NCBI GenBank assembly: GCA_009773205.1
Contig: WPAE01000002.1
Location: 3,241-67,240, forward strand
Direction of reading: 5' to 3'
DNA: 64,000 nucleotides
Origin: Ignavibacteria bacterium
Lineage (GTDB): Bacteria; Bacteroidota; Ignavibacteria; Ignavibacteriales; Melioribacteraceae
Shown: positions 29,946 through 39,767 of the stretch, piece after piece
Numbering within the stretch: the stretch's first letter is position 1
Layout of the letters: each line of letters starts with the position of its first letter
Program-made: the position numbers and the translations under genes
Notes under the pieces: model-generated
The model's database searches: none
What the model was told of the DNA's origin: nothing
Seen by the model: the letters and a program-made list of their open reading frames with translations, nothing else

Positions 29946-30945
29946 TGAAAAAAATATTTCTAGAAAAGAAAGTATTTCGGTTGAATTCTTTTTTAACAAT
30001 ATAAAAGAGAAGTTTAAACTTACTCATATTAATGAGCAAGTTGATCTTACTAGAAAAATATTTGATCAGAATTTACATAGACCAGGTTTGCCTCTTGCCG
30101 GCTTTCTAGATTTGTTCTCTTACAAAAGAGTGCAAGTATTTGGCAATACTGAAATGAAATATTTAGAAGACTTAACTCTTGCAGAAAGAGTTAAGTCTTT
30201 AGACAGAATTTTCAAATACGAAATTCCATGCATTATTATTACAAACAATAATCAAGTTTCTAACGAAATGTTAGATTTAGCTAACCAGCATAAAGTGCCA
30301 ATGTTTGTTACACCTTATGAAACTACAAAGCTCGCTTATTTATTATCAGATTTTCTTGATGACCAGTTTTCGCCGCGGCTTTCTATACACGGCTCTTTTG
30401 TAGATGTTTACGGTGCCGGAATGCTCTTCGTTGGTAAATCCGGAATTGGAAAAAGCGAAGTAGCCTTAGACTTAGTAGAACGTGGACATCGTTTAGTTGC
30501 AGATGACGTGGTTATCCTAACTAAAAAAGGGGAAGGAATTCTTATGGGCTCCGGAACCGAATTAGTAAAACATTTTATGGAAATACGTGGAATTGGAATT
30601 ATTGATATTAGAAGCATGTTTGGAGTCCGAGCAATTAGATACCAAAAACGTTTAGAAGTGGTTATAGAACTCGAAATCTGGAATAACCAATCTGATTATA
30701 CACGCACTGGCTTAGATACTGGTACAATTAACGTAATGGGCATAGAAATGCCTTACGTTAAACTACCTATTCTTCCAGGAAAGAACATAACCGTAATATC
30801 TGAGATTATTGCACTAAATTACTTACTTAAACTCTACGGTTACGATGCAGCTAAAGTTTTGCAGCAACGAATTAGTAGTAAAATTCAACAAAAATCGAAC
30901 AGTTATAACAGATCTGTTAACTATTTTGAACATGATTTTGAATAA
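29935..30945 (+). CDS. hprK: HPr kinase/phosphorylase
   Basis: GKSGIGKSE, RGHRLVADD, MEIRGIGII, GKNIT. Confidence 0.96.
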   Translation: MKIDEKNISRKESISVEFFFNNIKEKFKLTHINEQVDLTRKIFDQNLHRPGLPLAGFLDLFSYKRVQVFGNTEMKYLEDLTLAERVKSLDRIFKYEIPCIIITNNNQVSNEMLDLANQHKVPMFVTPYETTKLAYLLSDFLDDQFSPRLSIHGSFVDVYGAGMLFVGKSGIGKSEVALDLVERGHRLVADDVVILTKKGEGILMGSGTELVKHFMEIRGIGIIDIRSMFGVRAIRYQKRLEVVIELEIWNNQSDYTRTGLDTGTINVMGIEMPYVKLPILPGKNITVISEIIALNYLLKLYGYDAAKVLQQRISSKIQQKSNSYNRSVNYFEHDFE

Positions 30946-31081
30946 GGAGTACTTGTAGAATTTTACTAAGTGTTTTTGCTGGCATTGAAAGTAAAAATTT
31001 AAAACTCGGTTACTCCCGTTGAACTTGCTTATACACTTAGAAAATTCATTTTTAACAAAAAGGTGATTAGTTAATAAATCC

Positions 31082-31110
31082 TTGACACAATTTTGTTGAT
31101 TTGTTATCTT
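31082..31110 (+). promoter_or_regulatory. Sigma70-type promoter for the M23 peptidase gene
   Basis: TTGACA - 17 bp - TATCTT, 16 bp before the ATG. Confidence 0.55.
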
Positions 31111-31126
31111 CGCACCTCTAAAAGCT

Positions 31127-32050
31127 ATGAAAAAATTCTATTACTTTTCTAAATCGAAATTGAAGTTTGTTGAGATACGAAATTTCTACAAGAAATTTGT
31201 ATTCTTATTGGTATTTTTTGCAATACTTGTTTCTTTTTTTGTTTTTGGTACTTTTTTAGTCTTCCACGAATTTATAAACCCCGATTCTGAAGTAAAAGCC
31301 CTCAAAAAAAGCAATAAACTACTTAGAGAAAAATTTGAATTACTTGTTGATAAATATGAGAATTTAGATCAGACTGTTAATCAACTTAACGAAAAAAGTA
31401 GAGAACTACGCCTAAAAGCAAATCTTGATCCAAAAAATACTGAGATTGCTTATGGAATTGGCGGTAGTATTTTTGAACCAATAGAATCTTATAATTCTGG
31501 TGAAATAACTACCTTCTTAAACGAAATTGATACTTACATTGACAAGGTTTCGCTAAAAGTTAAAATTGAAAAGAATAACTACAGTGAAATAACTTCCACA
31601 TTAAAGCAGAATGAGCTTCTGTATGACGCAATTCCCGCGATTAGACCTTGTGAAGGAAGGATTGCTGATGATTTTGGTATGCGCTTCCATCCTATCTTAA
31701 AATTTGTACGCATGCATAACGGTATTGATATTATTACTGATGTTGGTACAAAAGTTTATGCACCTGGGAATGGCACAGTTGAAAGTGTTGGCTGGAAAGG
31801 TGGTTATGGCTTAACTATGGAAATTGCTCATGGATTTGGATACAAAACCTTATATGCTCATTTGGAAAGTGTTAAAGTTAAAGTAGGGCAAAAAGTTAAC
31901 CGCGGTGATTTTGTTGCGTACTCTGGTAACACTGGGAGATTATCTTCTGGACCACATTTACACTACGAAGTACATCACAATGGTGTTACTTTAGACCCTA
32001 TGAATTTTATCTATGATGATGTTAGTCTTTTTGAAATTGTTAAAAAATAA
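31127..32050 (+). CDS. M23 family metallopeptidase
   Basis: N-terminal TM, coiled coil, HNGID (HxxxD), YAHL, GPHLHYE. Confidence 0.93.
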   Translation: MKKFYYFSKSKLKFVEIRNFYKKFVFLLVFFAILVSFFVFGTFLVFHEFINPDSEVKALKKSNKLLREKFELLVDKYENLDQTVNQLNEKSRELRLKANLDPKNTEIAYGIGGSIFEPIESYNSGEITTFLNEIDTYIDKVSLKVKIEKNNYSEITSTLKQNELLYDAIPAIRPCEGRIADDFGMRFHPILKFVRMHNGIDIITDVGTKVYAPGNGTVESVGWKGGYGLTMEIAHGFGYKTLYAHLESVKVKVGQKVNRGDFVAYSGNTGRLSSGPHLHYEVHHNGVTLDPMNFIYDDVSLFEIVKK

Positions 32051-32077
32051 TATTTATAACTAAAAGGAGTTTTTTTT

Positions 32078-32308
32078 ATGATTTGGACCGTCGAATTAGC
32101 ATCTTATCTTGATGACGCTCCTTGGCCAGCTACAAAAGAAGAATTATTGGATTACGCTGAAAGAATAGGCGCTCCTTTAGAAGTAGTTGAAAATTTACAA
32201 GAACTAGAAGACTCTGACGAGCCTTATGAATCAATAGAAGATATTTGGCCAGACTATCCTAGTGATGAAGATTTCTTTTACAATGACGATGATGAATTTA
32301 AATCGTAA
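32078..32308 (+). CDS. DUF2795 family small acidic protein
   Basis: WTVELASYLDDAPWPATKEEL..GAPLEVVENLQE, recognised conserved FCB-group protein. Confidence 0.85.
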   Translation: MIWTVELASYLDDAPWPATKEELLDYAERIGAPLEVVENLQELEDSDEPYESIEDIWPDYPSDEDFFYNDDDEFKS

Positions 32309-32313
32309 TTACT

Positions 32314-33429
32314 ATGATTGATTTTTTGGAATTAGTTATAGAGCAAAAAAAAGCAAAAAAACAGTTACAGAAAATTTTAGATTCAAGGCGTGTACCACAC
32401 GCCTTTATTTTTTCTGGACAACAAGGAGTTGGCAAATTTAACACAGCTATTCAATTTACAAAGAACATATACCAAACTTTCTCTAAAGAAGAAAATAGCA
32501 AAAACCTTAATAGAATTGATGAACTGCAAGAGCCTTTAATTAAGCTTATTATGCCGCTTCCAAGAGGTAAAGGGGAACAACTCGATGACTCTGGATTTGA
32601 TAAATTGTCTAAAGATACGCTTGAAGAAATCAAAAGTGAGCTTCAGAAAAAATCAAAAAATGCATTTTATCAAATTAGTATTGAAGGTGCAAACACAATA
32701 AAAATAAGCAGCATTAGAGATATTAAGAAGTTCGTTTCGTTTGCTGAAGATGATAATATAATGCGATTTATTATTATTATCGACTCGGAGTTAATGAACG
32801 ATCAAGCACAAAACGCATTATTAAAAAATCTTGAAGAACCCCCTAACGGCGTTTTTTTTATTTTGCTCACTTCACAAAAAGAAAAATTGCTTCCTACAAT
32901 AGTTTCACGATGTAGAGAGATTTCATTTGAACCACTTTCTTATAAAGCTGTATCTCAAATCCTAAGAGATCAGTTTGGTACTGACAATATTACTGCAAAT
33001 AAAGTTGCAAGATTCTCTAGCGGTTCTGTAACTCAAGCTAACATGCTTATTGGTTATGATTTTCAAGCTATCCAACAAAAGACAATTTCTGTTCTGAGAT
33101 TTTCTTTTGGCAATAAATACCAAGCCGCTCTAAATGAGTTAATTGATTTCTCGAAAAACAACCCTATTGGTTCAGTGAAATTATTGCTTAGAATGATTAA
33201 AATTTGGTTGAATGACGTTATTCGTTACAGAGAATCTTTTGATGATTTCTGTTTTGTTGACGATAAAGAAACCATTGAGAAATTTAACTCTAAACATAGT
33301 AAAGTTAAACTGGACTTTCTTTTTGCTAATCTTGATTATCTAGAGTCTCTCATCAACAGAAATATCAACTTGAATGTCTTATTTTTGAACCTTATATTTG
33401 AATTGTCATCTGTTGTAAAGAGGAATTAA
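32314..33429 (+). CDS. holB: DNA polymerase III delta' subunit
   Basis: HAFIFSGQQGVGK, AQNALLKNLEEPP, LLPTIVSRC. Confidence 0.92.
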   Translation: MIDFLELVIEQKKAKKQLQKILDSRRVPHAFIFSGQQGVGKFNTAIQFTKNIYQTFSKEENSKNLNRIDELQEPLIKLIMPLPRGKGEQLDDSGFDKLSKDTLEEIKSELQKKSKNAFYQISIEGANTIKISSIRDIKKFVSFAEDDNIMRFIIIIDSELMNDQAQNALLKNLEEPPNGVFFILLTSQKEKLLPTIVSRCREISFEPLSYKAVSQILRDQFGTDNITANKVARFSSGSVTQANMLIGYDFQAIQQKTISVLRFSFGNKYQAALNELIDFSKNNPIGSVKLLLRMIKIWLNDVIRYRESFDDFCFVDDKETIEKFNSKHSKVKLDFLFANLDYLESLINRNINLNVLFLNLIFELSSVVKRN

Positions 33430-33430
33430 A

Positions 33431-34267
33431 TTGACACATATAGATATACCTTTCCAGAAAGAAGAACTTCAACTCCAAGAAGTTGATTTTCCATATCAGT
33501 GTAAGTCTATTTATGAAAGCATAATCCTAAAACGAATTAATGATAAATGTAACAATGTTAGTTGTTGCATGCATTCTAATTTCAGTCAGCTAGAAAAAAT
33601 ACCAATTGATACTAGAAGTATTATTGAGATAAATTGCTGCGGACTTTTGCCTTCTAATTTTGTGTGCATTCCAGATCATCTTGCTAACACAATTTTTCCA
33701 GAAGATTTTGTTGTAGTTACTAATTATGATTCTATTGAAATTGCACAAGTTAAAGCAATAGGGGAATTGGTTAAAAAGAAGAGGCAATATATTGGATTGT
33801 ATAAAGAAGATTTACTTAATGTAACTAGAAAAGCAACAATAGAAGATTTGGATCGTACGCGTAAGAACATCTCCGATGAGCAAAATGCAGCTCCAAAATT
33901 TAGAAGCTCTGCATTGAAATTTAACTTAGACATGAAATTAGTTAGTATTCATTATCAGTTCGATCGTAAGAAACTCTTTTTCTTTTATACTGCAGATGGA
34001 CGTATTGATTTTCGGGAGTTAGCTAAAGAATTAGCCTCCGAGTTTAAAACTAGAATTGAACTGAGACAAATTGGAGTTAGAGACGAAGCCAAAAAAATTG
34101 GTGGTGTTGGTTCTTGTGGTAGGCAGTTTTGTTGTTTCTCTTTTTTAAATAATTTCAAACGTATTACTACACAATTAGCAAGCGATCAAAATATAGCTTC
34201 AAATATGGGCAAACTAAGCGGACCTTGTAACAAACTTAAGTGTTGCCTTTCATTCGAAACCGAATAG
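33431..34267 (+). CDS. ricT: PSP1/RicT (YaaT) family Fe-S protein
   Basis: FFYTADGRIDFRELAKELA..RIELRQIGVRDEAK..GSCGRQFCC..LSGPCNKLKCCL; follows holB. Confidence 0.9.
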   Translation: MTHIDIPFQKEELQLQEVDFPYQCKSIYESIILKRINDKCNNVSCCMHSNFSQLEKIPIDTRSIIEINCCGLLPSNFVCIPDHLANTIFPEDFVVVTNYDSIEIAQVKAIGELVKKKRQYIGLYKEDLLNVTRKATIEDLDRTRKNISDEQNAAPKFRSSALKFNLDMKLVSIHYQFDRKKLFFFYTADGRIDFRELAKELASEFKTRIELRQIGVRDEAKKIGGVGSCGRQFCCFSFLNNFKRITTQLASDQNIASNMGKLSGPCNKLKCCLSFETE

Positions 34268-34295
34268 TTATTAACTTAAACTTATAGAGTAAGAA

Positions 34296-35474
34296 ATGAG
34301 AAAAACAGTTATTGTCGCAGCTAAAAGAACTCCAATTGGTTCTTTTCAAGGTTCACTTTCTAGTTTATCTGCTGTAGAATTAGGCGCACGTGTTATTCAA
34401 GATATTGTAGAGACAACAAATCTTGATGCTTCAATTGTTGATGAAGCGATTTTTGGTAATGTTATTTCTTCTGGGTTGGGTCAGGCGCCTGCACGGCAAG
34501 CAGCAATTTTTGCAGGACTTCCAGATAAAACCGAATGTTTAACAATTAATAAGATGTGTGGAAGTGGATTAAAATCAGTGATGTTAGCACATCAAGCAAT
34601 TTTTTGTGGCGATGCTGATGTTATTATTGCAGGTGGTATGGAAAGCATGTCTAATGCTCCGTACATTCTTCAAAATGCTAGAAACGGTTATAGATTGGGC
34701 AATGCTACTATTTACGATACTTTAATAAAAGATGGCTTATGGGATGTTTATAATAATATTCACATGGGAAGCTGCGCCGAAGTTTGCGCAAAAGATTTTA
34801 CTATTACCAGAAACGATGTGGATACTTTTGCGATTAATTCTTACAAAAACGCTTTATCTGCAATTGATGCAGGTAAATTCATTAATGAAATTACTCCGGT
34901 TTCTATTTCACAGAAAAAAGGAACTATAAAAGTTGATACAGATGAAGAGCCATCTAAAGTAAATTTCGACAAAATTCCCGAGCTTCGTCCAGCTTTTGAA
35001 AAAGATGGAGTTATAACCGCAGCAAATGCCTCTAAACTAAACGATGGAGCCTCGGCTCTATTACTTATGAGCGAAGAAAAGGCAATTCAATTAGGATTGA
35101 CACCTTTGTTTGAAGTTATTGCACAGGCATCTGCTGCTAAAGCGCCTCTTTATTTCTCGACTGCTCCCGCAGACGCAATTATTAAAGTTCTCGCAAAGGC
35201 AAAATTAGGTTTAGCCGATATAGATTTGTTCGAGATTAACGAGGCTTTTGCTGTTGTTTCTATTGCTGTAAGTAAAATTTTAAGACTCGATAATTCTAAA
35301 ATAAATGTAAACGGAGGCGCTATTGCTCTTGGACATCCAATTGGAGCAAGTGGAGCAAGAATCCTTACTACCTTAGTTCACGAAATGCTGAAAAAGAATG
35401 CAAATCTTGGTTTAGCATCTTTGTGTATTGGTGGTGGAGAAGCCAGCGCTGTTATTATAAAAAAATACTTATAA
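34296..35474 (+). CDS. Acetyl-CoA C-acetyltransferase (thiolase)
   Basis: NKMCGSG, FEINEAF, GGAIALGHPIGASG, LCIGGG. Confidence 0.96.
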   Translation: MRKTVIVAAKRTPIGSFQGSLSSLSAVELGARVIQDIVETTNLDASIVDEAIFGNVISSGLGQAPARQAAIFAGLPDKTECLTINKMCGSGLKSVMLAHQAIFCGDADVIIAGGMESMSNAPYILQNARNGYRLGNATIYDTLIKDGLWDVYNNIHMGSCAEVCAKDFTITRNDVDTFAINSYKNALSAIDAGKFINEITPVSISQKKGTIKVDTDEEPSKVNFDKIPELRPAFEKDGVITAANASKLNDGASALLLMSEEKAIQLGLTPLFEVIAQASAAKAPLYFSTAPADAIIKVLAKAKLGLADIDLFEINEAFAVVSIAVSKILRLDNSKINVNGGAIALGHPIGASGARILTTLVHEMLKKNANLGLASLCIGGGEASAVIIKKYL

Positions 35475-35483
35475 GGTGAATTT

Positions 35484-36329
35484 ATGAAGAATATTGCAGT
35501 TATTGGTTCTGGGACTATGGGAAATGGAATAGCTCATATTTTCGCGCTAAAGGGGTTTAAAGTTCAACTTTTTGATACGCACCAACCTGCATTAGAGCGC
35601 GCTGTTTCAGTAATCAGCAATAATTTAGACCGCCAAGTGAAGAAACAATTCATTACTGCTGACGAAAAAGCAACAGCGTTGAACAATATTAAGACTGAAA
35701 CTCTAATTTCTAATTTGCTTCCTGAAACTGACCTTGTTATTGAGGCAATTATTGAAAACAAGGCTGCTAAACTTCAGCTTTATAACGAGTTAACTAATCT
35801 GATTAATGATACTTGTATTCTTGCAACAAATACTTCATCAATTTCTATTACAGAATTAGCACCTAAGCAAATTTCTAATAGGTTCATTGGAATGCATTTT
35901 ATGAATCCAGTTCCAATAATGGAACTTGTGGAAATTATTAAAGGGTATTCAACTTCCGAAGCTACTTTAAAACTTATAGTAGAGACTGTTAAAAACTTAA
36001 GTAAGAAACCTGTTGTAGTTAATGACTATCCAGGTTTTATAGCTAACAGAATTTTAATGCCTATGATAAACGAAGCAATATTTGCATTATATGAAAATGT
36101 AGCAGCCGCAGAGGATATTGATCAGGTAATGAAGCTCGGTATGAATCATCCGATGGGACCTTTAGCATTAGCCGATTTTATTGGACTAGACGTTTGCTTA
36201 AATATTCTTGAAGTATTATACAATGGATTCAACGACTCAAAATACCGTCCGTGTCCGTTGTTAAAGAATATGGTAAATGCAGGAAATTTAGGTAGAAAGA
36301 CTGGTAAAGGTTTTTACAATTACACATAA
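35484..36329 (+). CDS. hbd: 3-hydroxybutyryl-CoA dehydrogenase
   Basis: GSGTMGNG, ATNTSS, GMHFMNP, GFIANR, NHPMGP. Confidence 0.93.
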   Translation: MKNIAVIGSGTMGNGIAHIFALKGFKVQLFDTHQPALERAVSVISNNLDRQVKKQFITADEKATALNNIKTETLISNLLPETDLVIEAIIENKAAKLQLYNELTNLINDTCILATNTSSISITELAPKQISNRFIGMHFMNPVPIMELVEIIKGYSTSEATLKLIVETVKNLSKKPVVVNDYPGFIANRILMPMINEAIFALYENVAAAEDIDQVMKLGMNHPMGPLALADFIGLDVCLNILEVLYNGFNDSKYRPCPLLKNMVNAGNLGRKTGKGFYNYT

Positions 36330-36346
36330 TGTATATTATGTTAACT
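36319..36346 (+). other. dif: dif site (XerC/XerD chromosome dimer resolution)
   Basis: ATTACACATAA-TGTATA-TTATGTTAACT versus E. coli GGTGCGCATAA-TGTATA-TTATGTTAAAT; lies at the gene-orientation switch. Confidence 0.9.
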
Positions 36347-36353
36347 AATTGAT

Positions 36354-37274
36354 TCATTCAAAAATTGATTTTATATAGTCTTTAGGATCGAATTCTACAA
36401 AGTCATTTACTTGCTCTCCTATTCCTAAAAACTTTATTGGTACTTTGTTTGCTAAACACAACTGAAGTACCGAGCCACCCTTTGCTGTGCCATCGAGTTT
36501 GGTAATTATTAGCCCAGTTACGTTAACCACTTTTGAAAACTCATTTAATTGATTTTTTGCGTTTTGCCCAGAATTACCATCCACAACTAAAAAAATTTCA
36601 ATTGATTTTTCTTTTGCAACTTTTTTTACCGCATTCAGAATTTTCTTAAGCTCATCCAATAAGTTTTTATTTGTATGTAATCTTCCGGCTGTATCAAGTA
36701 GTACCACATCAATTGAGTTGTTAAGTGCTACGTTACAAGTTTCATAAGCAACAGCAGCAGGGTCTTTAGAAAAATCCTCAATTATTTGGACATTTGTACG
36801 CTTAGCCCAAATGTTTAATTGCTCATTTGCTGCTGCTCTAAAAGTATCGCAAGACCCGATAACTACACTCTTATTCAAATTTGAATAATAATTTGCCAAC
36901 TTTGCAATAGTTGTAGTTTTGCCGGAGCCGTTAATACCCAATAAAATAATGAAATGCGGAGAAGAGTGAGTAAGTTGACTATCTTTAATCAATGAGTTGT
37001 ACTCGCTGATAAATATTTGTTGCGTAATTTCCTTCAGATTTTGAAGAGTAATCTCTTCCCCGTTTCTAATTTTTTTCTTTAAAATTTCTAATAGTTTTTC
37101 GGTAAACTCAATGCCAAAATCGCTTTGGAGCAGTATATTTTCGATTTGCTCCAAGTCTCCTGGTTCAATGGTTTTCTTCGAAAAGACTTCTGAAAGCTTA
37201 TCTGTAATTTGATCTTTAGTTTTAGTAAAAGCTTGTTTTACTGATTGAAATATTGTGGTCTTAAAGATTCCCAT
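36354..37274 (-). CDS. ftsY: Signal recognition particle receptor FtsY
   Basis: GINGSGKTTT, DTFRAAA, DTAGR, TKLDGTAKGG. Confidence 0.96.
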   Translation of the reverse strand: MGIFKTTIFQSVKQAFTKTKDQITDKLSEVFSKKTIEPGDLEQIENILLQSDFGIEFTEKLLEILKKKIRNGEEITLQNLKEITQQIFISEYNSLIKDSQLTHSSPHFIILLGINGSGKTTTIAKLANYYSNLNKSVVIGSCDTFRAAANEQLNIWAKRTNVQIIEDFSKDPAAVAYETCNVALNNSIDVVLLDTAGRLHTNKNLLDELKKILNAVKKVAKEKSIEIFLVVDGNSGQNAKNQLNEFSKVVNVTGLIITKLDGTAKGGSVLQLCLANKVPIKFLGIGEQVNDFVEFDPKDYIKSIFE

Positions 37275-37827
37275 ATAGTTTTATTAACTTTAATCCTCTA
37301 ATTAAATAAACAAAAATTGATAATATGCTTAAAGCCCCACTAATTATTAACATCAAATTACTTAACCAGTACTCTGCTCCCACAAATAATATAGTCAAAA
37401 AGTATAACCCAATAGTAAATACTGTAAACTTACCAAAGAAATTTGATGGTGTAATTGTACCAATTTTCTTAGCTAATAAAATGCCTCCGATAAAAATGAC
37501 AACGTCTCTGGAAAGTAATATGATAAGGTAAATTAGAGGCACAAACTCTAGCATCCAAAATAATATAATTAAGATTGCTGTTAAGAGTTTGTCTGCTAAT
37601 GGATCTAGCAGCTTACCCATTTCTGTAACAGTATTAGTTTTTCTTGCTACATAGCCATCAGCCAAATCTGATATAAAAGCAATAATAATACATAAAATTA
37701 AATAGTAGTTAGGAAAACTTAATTTATTGTAATTAAAGGCAATATATGCAATTGGTAAAGCTAAAAAAAGTCTGAATAGTGTTATGAGATTAGGGAGTAA
37801 AAATATTTCTTTGAAATTTAATTTCAT
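37261..37827 (-). CDS. pgsA: CDP-alcohol phosphatidyltransferase (PgsA-like)
   Basis: PNLITLFR; SDLADGYVARK..MGKLLDPLADK signature. Confidence 0.85.
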   Translation of the reverse strand: MKLNFKEIFLLPNLITLFRLFLALPIAYIAFNYNKLSFPNYYLILCIIIAFISDLADGYVARKTNTVTEMGKLLDPLADKLLTAILIILFWMLEFVPLIYLIILLSRDVVIFIGGILLAKKIGTITPSNFFGKFTVFTIGLYFLTILFVGAEYWLSNLMLIISGALSILSIFVYLIRGLKLIKLYGNL

Positions 37828-37840
37828 TATTTGCTTTAAA

Positions 37841-39292
37841 CTATTCGTTTATAGGTATAGGATAGCTGCCTGAAAAGCAAGCAGTACAAAAATCGTTTTT
37901 ATCGTGATCCGTCATTGCAGAAAGCATATCTTCAATGCTTAAATATTCCAAAGAGTCTACTTCTAAATACTTCTTTACTTCTACAATGTCTGAATTAAAT
38001 TTATTGGCAATTAATTCTTCCTTTGATGGGAAATTCATCCCGTAAAAGCAAGGGTGAGTAATCATTGGTGAGGAAATTCGTAAATGTATTTCTTTGGGTT
38101 TTGCTTCTTTTAGAAGTTTAATAAGCTGCTTAGATGTTGTCCCTCGTACAATTGAATCATCTACTACAACCACAGTTTTATTTTCCAAAACACCTTTAAC
38201 AATATTGAATTTTATTTTTACACCAATTTCTCTGTTGTGCTGAGTAGGAGCAATAAAAGTTCTTCCTATATAGTGACTTCTAATTAGCCCGATTTCGAGT
38301 TTTGAATTAATATTCAATTTATGCAAGCCAGAATTATATCCAATTGCAGTTGTGTTCGAACTATCGGGCACACTTATTACAATAACCTTCTCATCATCTT
38401 TATCATTAACTGGGTGCCTTAGAGCTAATATTTTGCCGAGCTTACGCCTCATCTTATCTACATTAGAGCCAAAAACTTGACTATCTGGGCGAGAAAAATA
38501 AATATACTCAAAGACGCAATGTTTTTTAGGAAAGACTGAATTAGGCTCATCAAACAAGCTATAACTTGAAATTTTTTGATTATTTAAGTCTTCATTACTA
38601 AGCACTAGAATTTCACCGGGGGCAATATCGCGTATAAAAGTAGCGGAATTAATATCCAAAGCACAAGTTTCTGATGAAACTATATATGCTCCGCCAAGTT
38701 TTCCTATGCTTAATGGTCGAATGCCAAATTTATCTCTTGCTGCAATTAACTTACTATCGGTTAAAATTACTAACGAAAATGCTCCTTGAATTTGAGAAAG
38801 AGCATCTTTAACTTGTTCGATTTGATCAGTTTTTCGGCTTCGTGCAATTAAGTGTAAGATAACTTCAGTATCACTTGTAGTTTGAAAGATTGCTCCTTCA
38901 TCAACTAGCTTAGTTCTGAGAGATTTAGCATTTGTTAGGTTGCCATTATGAGCTATAGCAAGCATTCCTAATCTATAATTCACAAAAAATGGTTGAATAT
39001 TTTTTCTGGAATCAGATGCTCCTGTAGTTGAATATCTATTGTGCCCAATAGCTGAGTTCCCTACCAAATCATCAGTAAGTACTTTAGGGTCTGAAAAAAC
39101 TTCTGAAACTAACCCCATTCCTTTGTGTATATTAAAATTAGAATTTTGATCTGATGTTAAAATGCCGGCGGCTTCTTGACCGCGATGCTGCAGTGCATGG
39201 AGTCCATAATAAGATATTAAACTAGCGTCTGGATGACCAAAAACTCCAATTATTCCGCAATTACATGTAGGTTTATCAATTAGATTGTTCAT
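37841..39292 (-). CDS. purF: Amidophosphoribosyltransferase
   Basis: Propeptide then CGIIG, LQHRGQE, GHNRYST, VDDSIVRGTT, FCTACFSG. Confidence 0.97.
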   Translation of the reverse strand: MNNLIDKPTCNCGIIGVFGHPDASLISYYGLHALQHRGQEAAGILTSDQNSNFNIHKGMGLVSEVFSDPKVLTDDLVGNSAIGHNRYSTTGASDSRKNIQPFFVNYRLGMLAIAHNGNLTNAKSLRTKLVDEGAIFQTTSDTEVILHLIARSRKTDQIEQVKDALSQIQGAFSLVILTDSKLIAARDKFGIRPLSIGKLGGAYIVSSETCALDINSATFIRDIAPGEILVLSNEDLNNQKISSYSLFDEPNSVFPKKHCVFEYIYFSRPDSQVFGSNVDKMRRKLGKILALRHPVNDKDDEKVIVISVPDSSNTTAIGYNSGLHKLNINSKLEIGLIRSHYIGRTFIAPTQHNREIGVKIKFNIVKGVLENKTVVVVDDSIVRGTTSKQLIKLLKEAKPKEIHLRISSPMITHPCFYGMNFPSKEELIANKFNSDIVEVKKYLEVDSLEYLSIEDMLSAMTDHDKNDFCTACFSGSYPIPINE

Positions 39293-39308
39293 ATAGGGTT
39301 ATTTTTAG

Positions 39309-39382
39309 TCGGAACGGCGGGATTTGAACCCGCGACCACTTGAACCCCATTCAAGTACGCTACCGGGCTGCGCTACGTTCCG
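39309..39382 (-). tRNA. tRNA-Pro (GGG), CCA not encoded
   Basis: Reverse complement CGGAACGTAGCGCAGCCCGGTAGCGTACTTGAATGGGGTTCAAGTGGTCGCGGGTTCAAATCCCGCCGTTCCGA folds as a cloverleaf. Confidence 0.96.
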
Positions 39383-39389
39383 AGTTATG

Positions 39390-39767
39390 TTACATAGATG
39401 AATGGATAAATAAGAGAAAATTCTTAATATCTTCTAAATCTTTTTTCATAGTTTTTTGCGGCGGAACAATTTTTTTCTTTTCTTCTCCAGTTTCCTCCGC
39501 TGCATTAACTATATTCTCGAAATTCAACTCAACTAAAATTTTTTTAGCACCTTCAATAGTATATTTTTCTTCACGGAGTAGCTGCTTTATTTGAATAATT
39601 AGCTTGATGTCTTTGTTAGTATAAATTCTGTTTCCAGCTCTATTTTTTCCAGGCTTTAACTGTTCAAACTCTGTTTCCCAATAACGAAGAATGTATTGTT
39701 CTAAGCCGGTTAATCTACTTACCTCACTAATTGAGTAGTATAATTTTTTTAAGCCGAAGTCCTTCAT
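39390..39767 (-). CDS. MerR-family HTH regulator
   Basis: YYSISEVSRLTGLEQYILRYWETEF..GNRIY..YTIEGAK. Confidence 0.9.
   Translation of the reverse strand: MKDFGLKKLYYSISEVSRLTGLEQYILRYWETEFEQLKPGKNRAGNRIYTNKDIKLIIQIKQLLREEKYTIEGAKKILVELNFENIVNAAEETGEEKKKIVPPQKTMKKDLEDIKNFLLFIHSSM

Noticed and set aside
39309-39382. tRNA-Pro as an integration site
   Set aside because: No duplicated tRNA 3' end and no integrase seen; purF follows directly.
39340-39594. 84-aa plus-strand ORF
   Set aside because: Overlaps the tRNA and the MerR gene on the opposite strand; shadow ORF.
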